Part shown: positions 10,283 through 18,813 of the stretch, piece after piece
Position numbering within the stretch: position 1 is the first letter of the stretch
Layout: each line of letters starts with the position of its first letter
DNA from: Ignavibacteriales bacterium
GTDB lineage: Bacteria; Bacillota_I; Bacilli_A; RF39; UBA660
Assembly (NCBI GenBank): GCA_050259235.1
Contig: JBLNAG010000001.1
Span: 86,640-150,639 of the forward strand
Direction: 5' to 3'
Length of the DNA: 64,000 bases
Program-made: the position numbers and the translations under genes
Notes under the pieces: generated by a model
What the model saw: only the letters and a program-made list of their open reading frames with translations
Told to the model about the DNA's origin: nothing
Databases searched by the model: none

Positions 10283-10711
10283 TTTCATCCTCTTTTCATA
10301 AAATATCTACTATCAGTTTCGTCTATGATTTTAAAATCATATTTTTTATATAAATTGATTGCCTTATTATCTTTATAAACCCATAAATATATTAGTTTAT
10401 TTGTCTTTATAATATTATTAATTATATTTGAACCAATTCCTTTGTTTCGATACAAATTTTCAATATATATTTCATCTAATAATTAATAATTTACCATCGT
10501 CATAATCTCTTAATAAGACACAACCACATATAGTATTATTTAATATAATAATTTTATAATCTTTTAAATACTTTGATGTATTTGTCTTAACATAATTAAT
10601 TATCTTTTCTTTATCATCAATATTTTTATTATATTCAAAGATAGTTTTGAACTTATATTTAATTAAAATATCAATATTTTCTTTAGTAGCTTTAATTAAT
10701 TTATAATTCAT
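10283..10711 (-). pseudogene. GNAT acetyltransferase interrupted by a frameshift (or sequencing error)
   Basis: The track ORF 10472..10711 encodes only the GNAT N-terminus. Own translation downstream in another frame gives LDEIYIENLYRNKGIGSNIINNIIKTNKLIYLWVYKDNKAINLYKKYDFKIIDE, which is GNAT motif A (Q/RxxGxG) plus the C-terminus. Confidence 0.5.
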
Positions 10712-10740
10712 TTTACCACCAACCTCATTATAACAAAAAA

Positions 10741-10759
10741 ATCTAGTAAAATACTAGAT
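10741..10759 (-). terminator. Copy 1 of a repeated palindromic terminator element (AACAAAAAAATCTAGnnnnnnCTAGATTT)
   Basis: ATCTAGTAAAATACTAGAT hairpin; on the minus strand it is followed by a 7-T run. Downstream of the GNAT gene. Confidence 0.6.
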
Positions 10760-10764
10760 TTTAT

Positions 10765-11196
10765 TTATAAATATAGATTATATTTCACGCTATTCATTTT
10801 TACAAAACCCATTTTTTCATATAGGTGATGAGCGGCATAAGCACTATCAAGACAAGTAAGATAAATTGATTTATAGCCATAGTCTTTAGCATAATCAATA
10901 ATAAATTGAAATAGTTTTTGAGCTATTTCTCTTCCTCGATACTCTTTTAAGACCGCCACATTAAAGATTTCTAATGCTGGTTGAAATGAAAAAGTAAATA
11001 AATCAATTTTATAAAATGTTGCACTGCCAACTATCTTATTATCTTCTTTAGCAACAACAACTTCATAATTGCCATTTTCTGAATAATTACTCATATATTG
11101 TTCAATGTCATTACTACCATCAAAACATTCATCAATTAATTCCTTATATAATTTTAGATCATCATATTTTAATCTTTCAATAGTCACATCTATCAC
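10765..11196 (-). CDS. GNAT family N-acetyltransferase
   Basis: VLKEYRGREIAQKLF motif A and 143-aa length. Confidence 0.8.
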   Translation of the reverse strand: MIDVTIERLKYDDLKLYKELIDECFDGSNDIEQYMSNYSENGNYEVVVAKEDNKIVGSATFYKIDLFTFSFQPALEIFNVAVLKEYRGREIAQKLFQFIIDYAKDYGYKSIYLTCLDSAYAAHHLYEKMGFVKMNSVKYNLYL

Positions 11197-11220
11197 CTAT
11201 ATTTATTATAACAAAAAAAT

Positions 11221-11238
11221 CTAGCCTATACTAGATTT
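11221..11238 (-). terminator. Copy 2 of the same palindromic terminator element
   Basis: ATCTAGCCTATACTAGAT with flanking AACAAAAAAA and TTTAATTACT; downstream of mntH. Confidence 0.6.
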
Positions 11239-11266
11239 AATTACTCTAACTATAAGCCCATTTTTA

Positions 11267-12580
11267 TTATACATTTCCAGTAAATGTTAGATATAGTAAT
11301 ACAACATTCATAGTTATAATAGTTAATGAAATCAACCATCCGAGAAATTTAGTAAATGGTTTATTTACAAAACTTCCCATTATATCTTTACGATTAGTAA
11401 TTTTTAGCATTGAAATAATGGCGACAGGTAAAACAAAACTTAAGCATACTTGACTCATTAATAATGCTTTCATAGGATTCACACCTATTAAAATAATAAT
11501 TATTCCAGGAAGCATAGTTATTATTCTTCTAATAAATACAGGTATTTTTAAATCAATAAATCCATCCATGATTGTTTCACCTGCCATTGCTCCTACAGAA
11601 GATGATGAAAAACCAGATGCTAGCAGTGAAGCTCCAAAAGCTCCACTTGATAATCCCCCTAAAAGAGGTTGAAGTGAACGATGTGCTTGTTCTATAGAGT
11701 TAACAACTATTCCACTACTATAGAAGACTGAGGCTGATACAATTACCATTGCAGCATTAACAATAAAAGCAATATTCATAGCAAAGAAAACATCAATTTT
11801 TTCCATGAATAAATGTTTTTTCTTTTCTGCTATCGTTTTACCGCCATTACGGCATTGTACTAACTCAGAATGCAAATATATAACATGTGGCATTACTGTT
11901 GCTCCAAGCATACCTACTGCAATTAAAACGGCCTGCCCATTTGGTAGAGATGGTAATAAGGTATGAAGTGCTACTTGAGGCCAATCTGGGCGAGCTAGAA
12001 ATAATTCTATTGTATAAGCTCCACAAATTACGGCTATTAATAGTGTTATAACGATTTCAACTACTCTTTGGCCATATTTTTGCAAGTAAACAATCATAAA
12101 TGTTACAATTGCCGTTAATATGACTGAATAAGATAATGAAATACCAAATAATAAATAAAAACCTAATACCCCACCTAAAAATTCAGCCATTGTAGTAGCC
12201 ATTGCTGCTAGAGTTGCCACGATATAAAAGAACCAATTTAATTTCTTTGAATATACCTTTCGACACATTTGGGTTAAATTACGACCCGTAACTATACCCA
12301 ATTTAGCAGACATTATTTGTAGAAATATAGCCATTAAATTACTCCATAATATAACCCATATAAGATTATAATTAAAAATAGAGCCTCCACTAATATTAGT
12401 AGCAAAATTACCAGGATCAATATAAGCTACACTAACAATAAAAGCTGGGCCTAAATATTTAAGTCCCATCTTAATTTTACTTATTATACTATTGGTTTTA
12501 ATTTCAGCCTTTCTAATATTAATTTCTATACCATTTAACATAGTAGTATCCTCATTCATTATTACACCTTCCACATTCAA
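11267..12580 (-). CDS. mntH: Nramp-family divalent metal (Mn2+/Fe2+) transporter MntH
   Basis: DPGNFATNISGGS (Nramp DPGN motif) and 11-12 TM helices. Confidence 0.9.
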   Translation of the reverse strand: MNVEGVIMNEDTTMLNGIEINIRKAEIKTNSIISKIKMGLKYLGPAFIVSVAYIDPGNFATNISGGSIFNYNLIWVILWSNLMAIFLQIMSAKLGIVTGRNLTQMCRKVYSKKLNWFFYIVATLAAMATTMAEFLGGVLGFYLLFGISLSYSVILTAIVTFMIVYLQKYGQRVVEIVITLLIAVICGAYTIELFLARPDWPQVALHTLLPSLPNGQAVLIAVGMLGATVMPHVIYLHSELVQCRNGGKTIAEKKKHLFMEKIDVFFAMNIAFIVNAAMVIVSASVFYSSGIVVNSIEQAHRSLQPLLGGLSSGAFGASLLASGFSSSSVGAMAGETIMDGFIDLKIPVFIRRIITMLPGIIIILIGVNPMKALLMSQVCLSFVLPVAIISMLKITNRKDIMGSFVNKPFTKFLGWLISLTIITMNVVLLYLTFTGNV

Positions 12581-12614
12581 TACTTAATAAATATAATTGC
12601 CTTTGACTTAAAAA

Positions 12615-12628
12615 GTTAGGACCAACTA
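12615..12628. promoter_or_regulatory. Putative MntR/DtxR-family operator palindrome TTAGGACCAACTAA in the mntH promoter region
   Basis: Imperfect palindrome (TTAGnnnnnnCTAA, iron-box-like) about 35-48 nt upstream of the mntH start codon, between the divergent mntH and mntR genes. Confidence 0.35.
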
Positions 12629-12748
12629 AATTTATTTGCCTGATATAAAGTATGAAAGTGTTTTTTAAGTGTTACACTTCAGTGATTATTTCTAGTGATA
12701 TTGTATATATTGTAGTAAGTATATAATATATGGAGTTGATGAATATAT

Positions 12749-13222
12749 ATGAATAATAATGATTTTCTTACTTTTAGTAACTATATGAAAAAAGATAAAA
12801 AGATGCTTACTGCTTCAATGGAAGATTATCTTGAAATGATTTATAGGCTTTCATCAAATGCCAATTTTACAAGAATCAATGACTTATCTAAAGCTCTTAA
12901 TGTTCATCCACCTTCTGCTACTAGGATGGTTCAACGTCTTGGTAAATTAAATTATTTAAAATATGAAAAATATGGAATGATTATTCTTAAAGGAAAGGGT
13001 TTAAAATTAGGGAAATTGTTATTGACACGTCATAATACCATTGAAAGTTTTCTATCACTCCTTGGTATTTCTAAAGAAGAAGTTGTAAAGGAAACTGAAA
13101 AAATTGAACATACCGTTAGTGCGGAAACAACTAAATGTCTTAATGATTATATAAACTTTGCTAAAGATAATCCTGATGTTATTACTAAATTTAAAGAATA
13201 TAGAGAAAAAGAATTACCATAG
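12749..13222 (+). CDS. mntR: DtxR/MntR family metal-dependent transcriptional regulator
   Basis: SMEDYLEMIYRL start and HPPSATRMVQRL winged-helix region are typical of MntR/DtxR; divergent to mntH. Confidence 0.85.
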   Translation: MNNNDFLTFSNYMKKDKKMLTASMEDYLEMIYRLSSNANFTRINDLSKALNVHPPSATRMVQRLGKLNYLKYEKYGMIILKGKGLKLGKLLLTRHNTIESFLSLLGISKEEVVKETEKIEHTVSAETTKCLNDYINFAKDNPDVITKFKEYREKELP

Positions 13223-13260
13223 TAATTTCTATTTCTTTTTTATTTTCATGCAACAAAAAA

Positions 13261-13278
13261 ATCTAGTATATACTAGAT
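13261..13278. terminator. Copy 3 of the same palindromic element; bidirectional terminator between mntR (+) and tRNA-Met (-)
   Basis: ATCTAGTATATACTAGAT with identical flanks AACAAAAAAA / TTTAATTACT. Confidence 0.6.
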
Positions 13279-13289
13279 TTAATTACTTA

Positions 13290-13366
13290 TGGTAGCGACG
13301 GAGGGGATCGAACCCACGACCTTCCGGGTATGAACCGGACGCTCTAGCCAGCTGAGCTACATCGCC
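13290..13366 (-). tRNA. tRNA-Met (elongator, anticodon CAT)
   Basis: Reverse complement is GGCGATGTAGCTCAGCTGGCTAGAGCGTCCGGTTCATACCCGGAAGGTCGTGGGTTCGATCCCCTCCGTCGCTACCA. It is 77 nt with a cloverleaf, a CAT anticodon in a 7-nt loop and an encoded CCA, and is near-identical to Bacillus elongator tRNA-Met. Confidence 0.85.
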
Positions 13367-13432
13367 ATTAACAAAGCAATATAATAATATCAAAAAAACT
13401 TGTCTTTGGCAAGTCTTTTCTTTAAAAATACT

Positions 13433-13840
13433 TTATTTAGTTTTCTTTGTTTGTTTTTTTAATAAATCTCTAATTTCTTCTAAAAGTAATATATCTTTTG
13501 GCTCAACAACTTCTTTTGGTTCTTGATTTTCATCTTCTTTAGTAAGTTCTTTTAATTTATTTGCAATTTTCATAAAGAAGAATATTGAGAAAGCTATAAT
13601 TATAAAATCTACTATTTGTTGTAAGAATAAACCATATGAAATTACTGTATCTTTCCATTTAATACTTAAATCATTAAAGTCTAAGCCACCTAGTAATAAT
13701 CCAAATAAAGGCATTAAGATATCATTTACTAGAGATGTTACTATTTTACCAAAAGCACCACCAATAATAACCCCAATAGCCATATCTAGAACATTACCTT
13801 TAACAGCAAATGCTCTAAATTCATTAAAAAACTTCTTCAT
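13433..13840 (-). CDS. mscL: Large-conductance mechanosensitive channel MscL
   Basis: [30 protein letters not shown] matches the MscL N-terminus; 135 aa. Confidence 0.9.
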   Translation of the reverse strand: MKKFFNEFRAFAVKGNVLDMAIGVIIGGAFGKIVTSLVNDILMPLFGLLLGGLDFNDLSIKWKDTVISYGLFLQQIVDFIIIAFSIFFFMKIANKLKELTKEDENQEPKEVVEPKDILLLEEIRDLLKKQTKKTK

Positions 13841-13848
13841 TATATCAC

Positions 13849-14451
13849 CTATTCTTTATTATAATTATCCTTATTTACTTGTCTAGCTCTAGCTATGCAT
13901 AATGCATTTTCATTAACATCTTCCGTAACCGTTGAACCAGCTGCTATTAAAGAATTTTTATGTAGTGTTACTGGAGCAATTAGATTACTATTGCATCCAA
14001 CAAAGACATGATCTTCAATTATCGTTTTATGCTTGTTTTTACCGTCATAATTAGCTGTAATAACACCACAACCTATATTGACATTAGATCCTACTTCCGC
14101 GTCTCCTACATAGGATAAATGTGGTATTTTGGTATTGCTTTCAATAATGCTGTTTTTTAACTCAACAAATGATCCTATTTTAATATTATCTTTAATATTA
14201 TTATTGGGTCTTATATTAGCAAAAGGACCTATTTGATTATTATTGCCTATTTTACTTTCAATAACATATGAGCTATAAATAGTATTATTATCACCGATAG
14301 TTGAATCTTTTATATAACTACCATTATGTATAACGCAATTATTACCAATTACTGTAGATCCTTCAATAGTAACGTTAGGATATATAATAGTACCTTCTCC
14401 TATTATGACTTTTTCATCAATATAAGTAGATCTTTCATCTATTAACTTCAT
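13849..14451 (-). CDS. Left-handed beta-helix (hexapeptide-repeat) acetyltransferase, resembling the stand-alone C-terminal acetyltransferase domain of GlmU
   Basis: Hexapeptide repeats throughout; [29 protein letters not shown] resembles the GlmU C-terminal motif. Confidence 0.55.
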   Translation of the reverse strand: MKLIDERSTYIDEKVIIGEGTIIYPNVTIEGSTVIGNNCVIHNGSYIKDSTIGDNNTIYSSYVIESKIGNNNQIGPFANIRPNNNIKDNIKIGSFVELKNSIIESNTKIPHLSYVGDAEVGSNVNIGCGVITANYDGKNKHKTIIEDHVFVGCNSNLIAPVTLHKNSLIAAGSTVTEDVNENALCIARARQVNKDNYNKE

Positions 14452-14458
14452 ATATACC

Positions 14459-15535
14459 TCAATTCACATGTTTTTCAAATAATAAGTATGATAATTTTTC
14501 TCTAATATCATCATTTCTAACTATTATTAATTCATCATTTTCTATATCATGTTCACAGAATTTAATATTAGTTCTATCAAATTTATCTATTAAATATAAA
14601 TATGTTTTATTATCTAATTTTAATGTATCAAGAACATTATACTCATTACCATCACTTAATTTAACAGTATAATCATTAACTAAATTCTTATATTTAAAAC
14701 TCTTATCAGATTTCTTATAACTAATTATAACATTATTTAAAAGCATTGCTACTGTCATTGGTCCTACTCCACCTGGAACAGGAGTAATATAACTTACTTT
14801 GCTATAAACATCTTCATAATCAACGTCACCATATACTTTACCATCTACTCTATTAATTCCAACATCTATAATAATGGCGCTATTTTTTATCATATTTGCT
14901 TTAATTAAATCCTTATGACCAGTTGCGACTACTAATATATCAGCTTGTTTAGTTATGACATCCATATTGATAGTTTTAGAGTGACAAATAGTAACGGTAG
15001 CATCATTATTTAACATTAATGTCATTAATGGACGACCTACTAATTCACTTCTACCAATAATAACAACATGTTTTCTAGCAACATCTATGTCATAGGATTT
15101 TAATAAATACATAATACCAGCAGGTGTACATGAAACAAAACTTTCTTTTCCACCCATCAAACGTCCCAAACTAGTTTCAGTTAGTCCATCAACATCTTTA
15201 TCAGGACTAATGGTATTTATTATACGATGCTTATTAAAACCAGCTGGAATTGGTAATTGAACAATAATACCAAAAATATATTGGTTATTATTAAGTTCTA
15301 CTATCTTATTTATTACCATTTCTTCAGTATCGTTTTTATCAAATTTATAATGTTTAAATGTTATACCTACTTCATTACAAGCTTTTTCTTTTTGATTAAT
15401 ATAAATATTACTAGCAGAGTCATCTCCTATTTGAATGACTGCTAAACCAGGTTTAATAATTAAATCTTTTGTAAATTCTTTTATATTTTCTTTAATTACT
15501 TTACTAATTTTTTTACCATCAATATCTTTATCCAT
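14459..15535 (-). CDS. folD: Bifunctional methylene-THF dehydrogenase/methenyl-THF cyclohydrolase FolD with C-terminal DUF1292-like extension
   Basis: FolD core (AVIQIGDDSASNIYI...IVQLPIP...GGVGPMTVAML, ~285 aa) followed by ~75 extra aa (EYNVLDTLKLDNKTYLYLID...DELIIVRND) fitting the DUF1292 pattern. Confidence 0.85.
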   Translation of the reverse strand: MDKDIDGKKISKVIKENIKEFTKDLIIKPGLAVIQIGDDSASNIYINQKEKACNEVGITFKHYKFDKNDTEEMVINKIVELNNNQYIFGIIVQLPIPAGFNKHRIINTISPDKDVDGLTETSLGRLMGGKESFVSCTPAGIMYLLKSYDIDVARKHVVIIGRSELVGRPLMTLMLNNDATVTICHSKTINMDVITKQADILVVATGHKDLIKANMIKNSAIIIDVGINRVDGKVYGDVDYEDVYSKVSYITPVPGGVGPMTVAMLLNNVIISYKKSDKSFKYKNLVNDYTVKLSDGNEYNVLDTLKLDNKTYLYLIDKFDRTNIKFCEHDIENDELIIVRNDDIREKLSYLLFEKHVN

Positions 15536-15544
15536 AATTCGCCT

Positions 15545-16768
15545 CTATTCATACAAAGGATATTTTTTTGTTAAATTTAATACTTCTTGTTTTAATTTAT
15601 TTAATTCATCTTCATTATCTTTATTTTTTAAAGCACTACTAATAATTCTACCAATTTCTTCAAAATCTTTTTCCTTTAATCCACGACTAGTCATAGCAGG
15701 ACTTCCTAATCTTATCCCACTTGCTTTTTGAGGGGATTCCGTTTCATTAGGAATGGTATTTTTATTACATGTTATATTAGTTCTATCTAAGATTGTTTCA
15801 GCTTCTTTACCTGTTATACCAACTGAACCTTTAATATCTACTAGTATTAAATGATTATCAGTACCACCTGAAATTATTTTAAATCCTTCTTTAATTAAAG
15901 TATCTGATAATACTTTAATATTTTTTAATACTTGTTCTTGATATGTTTTAAAACTTGGTTGTAATGCTTCATGAAAGCATTGAGCCTTAGCTGCAATAAC
16001 ATGCATTAATGGACCACCTTGAATACCAGGGAAGATAATTTTATCAATTTTCTTTGCAATTTCTTCACTATTAGTAAGGATTAAACCTCCACGAGGTCCT
16101 CTTAATGTTTTATGGGTTGTAGAAGTTACAACATCAGCATAAGGAAATGGACTTGGATGTAAGCCTACTGCAACTAAACCAGCAATATGCGCCATATCAA
16201 CCATTAAATATGCCCCACAAGCATCCGCAGCTTCTCTAAATTTTTTAAAATCGATAGTTCTTGAATAAGCACTAGCACCGGCAATAATCATTTTAGGTTG
16301 TTCTTTTTTAGCTAATTCGATTAATTTATCATAATCAATGTATTCAGTCTTTTCATTAACATTATAAGATACAATATTATAATCTAAGCCACTAAAGTTA
16401 ATGGTGTAACCATGAGTCAAATGTCCTCCATGACTTAAGTTCATCCCCATTACTTTATCACCATTTTGTAATAATGCTTTATATACTGCCATATTAGCAC
16501 TACTACCTGAATGTGGTTGTACATTTGCATATTCACATTTAAATAATTCTTTCGCAAATTTAATAGCTAAACTTTCTACTACATCAACATATTCACAACC
16601 TCCATAATATCTTTTACCAGGATATCCTTCAGCATATTTATTTGTAAATACACTACCTTGTAATTTTAATATATCTTTGGATACAAAATTTTCTGAGGCA
16701 ATTAACTCGATATTGTTTTTTTGCCTATTTAATTCGTTATTTAAGGCCAATTCTAGTTCTTTATTCAC
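15545..16768 (-). CDS. glyA: Serine hydroxymethyltransferase
   Basis: Full-length GlyA with [12 protein letters not shown] and PLP-lysine context. Confidence 0.95.
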   Translation of the reverse strand: MNKELELALNNELNRQKNNIELIASENFVSKDILKLQGSVFTNKYAEGYPGKRYYGGCEYVDVVESLAIKFAKELFKCEYANVQPHSGSSANMAVYKALLQNGDKVMGMNLSHGGHLTHGYTINFSGLDYNIVSYNVNEKTEYIDYDKLIELAKKEQPKMIIAGASAYSRTIDFKKFREAADACGAYLMVDMAHIAGLVAVGLHPSPFPYADVVTSTTHKTLRGPRGGLILTNSEEIAKKIDKIIFPGIQGGPLMHVIAAKAQCFHEALQPSFKTYQEQVLKNIKVLSDTLIKEGFKIISGGTDNHLILVDIKGSVGITGKEAETILDRTNITCNKNTIPNETESPQKASGIRLGSPAMTSRGLKEKDFEEIGRIISSALKNKDNEDELNKLKQEVLNLTKKYPLYE

Positions 16769-16818
16769 TTACCATCATCTCCAACTATATTATATCATAG
16801 ATTAAAAATTAAAATATA

Positions 16819-16845
16819 AAAAAAGGATATTAAATATCCTTTTAT
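16819..16845 (-). terminator. Rho-independent terminator downstream of rubrerythrin
   Basis: AAGGATAT-TAA-ATATCCTT hairpin with a T-run on the minus strand. Confidence 0.6.
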
Positions 16846-17384
16846 AAATAATTTTCATTTTTAACTTCAAAGTAACTTTGTGGATGTTCACATACTGGAC
16901 ATACTCCAGGAGCTTTATCTCCAAAATGAAGATGACCACAATTGCGACATTGCCAAACAGTTTTTTGACCTTTAGCAAATACCGTTTTATTATCTAAGTT
17001 TGAAGTTAAAGCACGATATCTTTCTTCATGTTCTTTCTCAATTTTAGCAACACTTTCAAATAGATATGCAATATGATTAAATCCTTCTTCTTTGGCTTCT
17101 TTAGCCATTTTATCATACATATCTGTCCATTCATAATTTTCACCAGAAGCTGCACCTTTTAGGTTTTCTTCAGTACTTGGTACTTCACCACCATGTAATA
17201 ATTTAAACCAGATTTTAGCATGTTCTTTTTCATTATTAGCTGTTTCTTCGAATATAGCAGCCATTTGTTCAAATCCATCTTTTTTTGCTTTAGATGCATA
17301 AAATGTATATTTATTTCTTGCTTTACTTTCACCAGCAAATGCTTCCCACAAATTTTGTTCTGTTTTTGATCCTTTTAATTCCAT
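16842..17384 (-). CDS. rbr: Rubrerythrin
   Basis: Ferritin-like diiron domain (EKEH, EHEERY motifs) plus C-terminal rubredoxin-like CRNCGH...CPVCEHP. Confidence 0.9.
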   Translation of the reverse strand: MELKGSKTEQNLWEAFAGESKARNKYTFYASKAKKDGFEQMAAIFEETANNEKEHAKIWFKLLHGGEVPSTEENLKGAASGENYEWTDMYDKMAKEAKEEGFNHIAYLFESVAKIEKEHEERYRALTSNLDNKTVFAKGQKTVWQCRNCGHLHFGDKAPGVCPVCEHPQSYFEVKNENYL

Positions 17385-17417
17385 AAAATTATCCCCCTTT
17401 CTATAATTTACAGTTCA

Positions 17418-17446
17418 ATTATATAATTATAAATAAGTGTTGTCAA
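17418..17446 (-). promoter_or_regulatory. SigA-type promoter of rubrerythrin (TTGACA-17nt-TATAAT); TTATAATTATATAAT overlaps it and resembles a PerR box
   Basis: Minus-strand read is TTGACAacacttatttataattaTATAAT, about 27 nt upstream of the rbr start. The 7-1-7 PerR-box similarity (TTATAATnATTATAA) is only approximate. Confidence 0.55.
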
Positions 17447-17458
17447 TTAAACAAAATA

Positions 17459-17482
17459 AAACTACTCATTTGAGTAGTAAAA
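17459..17482 (-). terminator. Terminator hairpin downstream of the 17486..18058 gene
   Basis: ACTACTCA-TT-TGAGTAGT stem with a T-run on the minus strand. Confidence 0.5.
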
Positions 17483-17485
17483 TAT

Positions 17486-18058
17486 TTATTTTTTAGGACT
17501 ATAAACGTATGAAATCATTTTGGAAAATTCATATAATATAAAATTCCCTTTATTAATTGCAAAACCTTTACCAATTGCTTTACCGCCGATTGTTAAAGCA
17601 GCAATTACACCAGTTATAATTAATGACATAATAAGTAAATCAACATTTAATTTTGAACTTAGGGATGCTGCAACTACAACACCAGCAGTACCTGACATAA
17701 TACCACATACATCTCCAACAACATCACAACAAAATGATGATACTTTATCAGCATTCTTTATGAACATTACTGCTACATCTGATCCTCTTACTTTTCTAGT
17801 ACTCATTGAATGAAATGGTTTCTCGTCAGCAGAAGTAACAGATACTCCAATAATATCAAATAAAATACCAATAAATATAAATATTAATACTAATATTGAA
17901 CTAATAACTATACTAGCATCATTCAAAATATTTTCTGATATAAAACTAAATGAAATAGAAATAATAAAAGCTATCAAAGTTACTTTAATAATCCAAGGAT
18001 AATTAACCTTTTGCTTCTTTTTCTTATTTAATTGTTTTAAATCATCTTTTTTCGCCAT
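17486..18058 (-). CDS. Hypothetical integral membrane protein
   Basis: 190 aa with 4-5 hydrophobic helices and a CCDVVGDVCGIMSG segment; no confident family assignment. Confidence 0.45.
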   Translation of the reverse strand: MAKKDDLKQLNKKKKQKVNYPWIIKVTLIAFIISISFSFISENILNDASIVISSILVLIFIFIGILFDIIGVSVTSADEKPFHSMSTRKVRGSDVAVMFIKNADKVSSFCCDVVGDVCGIMSGTAGVVVAASLSSKLNVDLLIMSLIITGVIAALTIGGKAIGKGFAINKGNFILYEFSKMISYVYSPKK

Positions 18059-18118
18059 AATTCACCTCTAATACAAAAAATTATACAATAAATACCTATT
18101 TAAATCAAGATAGGCAAT

Positions 18119-18720
18119 AAAAAAAGGGGTTCACCCTTGTTTTTTAATGAATGGCTATTAATATAGTAAACTTTACGTCTTAGGTCAAGTTGGTTTTCCC
18201 TAGTTTCTACATCACGTTACCATGAATGCGGTTCCCCTTTAAAGATTCTAATACATTGTCTCCAAATGTATGACTTGATTACCACTTAGTACGCACTGCA
18301 ATCCTATATTAATGTTACACCCTAGGAGATTTCCTCCTCAGTTTTTATTATTTATTCTCTTTTGCAAATATAGTTTCAAATCGCGATTTTCAAATAATTT
18401 TAGCTATAAACTACTTGAAATTGTTCAATTATTCCCTATACCCACTCAAGACAAGCTACACTACTCATAACTTTCGCCATAAATAGGTTTAATCTTGATC
18501 GTAATAAGTCTATCATGTATGCTTACCACAAGATTAGATCTCAACAAATAGTGGGTCATGATCGTATGCCATTACGGATTCCCCATTATTCTACCTTTCA
18601 GCACCCACCCCAAACTGGGCGTAAGAAGCAAGAACCAAAAGTTTCTCAATGTGCTCAACAACGGTTTTTTAATCCCGTCCTCATAATAAAATTGACTGAC
18701 TAGAATAATGTGCCACTCAA
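18119..18720. ncRNA. ORF-free, GC-enriched, probably structured RNA region; identity unresolved (candidates: cis-regulatory leader/riboswitch of the downstream membrane-protein gene, RNase P RNA or SRP RNA)
   Basis: ~650 nt without a credible ORF in an otherwise ~90% coding genome, with local GC clearly above background. A bidirectional hairpin terminator lies at 18119-18148 (AAGGG-TGAAC-CCCTT, flanked by T/A runs). There are several internal hairpins, e.g. AGGAG-GAAAT-CTCCT. The 62-aa ORF 18515..18703 is probably spurious. Confidence 0.3.
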
Positions 18721-18813
18721 TATGCCAATAATTCTAACATAAAAAATATTTTTTGTCAAATTTATGTAAACTTCATCATGATATTATATGCAATAAAATA
18801 AGATTAATCACTT

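Noticed and set aside
13849-14451. Calling the hexapeptide-repeat protein DapH or full GlmU
   Set aside because: Only the left-handed beta-helix acetyltransferase domain is present (200 aa). No nucleotidyltransferase domain, and no DapH-specific N-terminal domain.
18515-18703. 62-aa ORF inside the ORF-free region
   Set aside because: No RBS, and it is embedded in a GC-enriched, hairpin-rich stretch that behaves like structured RNA. Composition gives an atypical peptide (Pro/Gln/His-rich).
18119-18720. tmRNA (ssrA) or T-box leader assignment for the structured region
   Set aside because: No tRNA-like 3' end (…UCCACCA) and no tag ORF ending in ALAA/AFAA were found on either strand. The T-box-like AGGGGAACCGC is ~100 nt away from the terminator, where a T-box would overlap it. 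It is kept only as an unassigned ncRNA.
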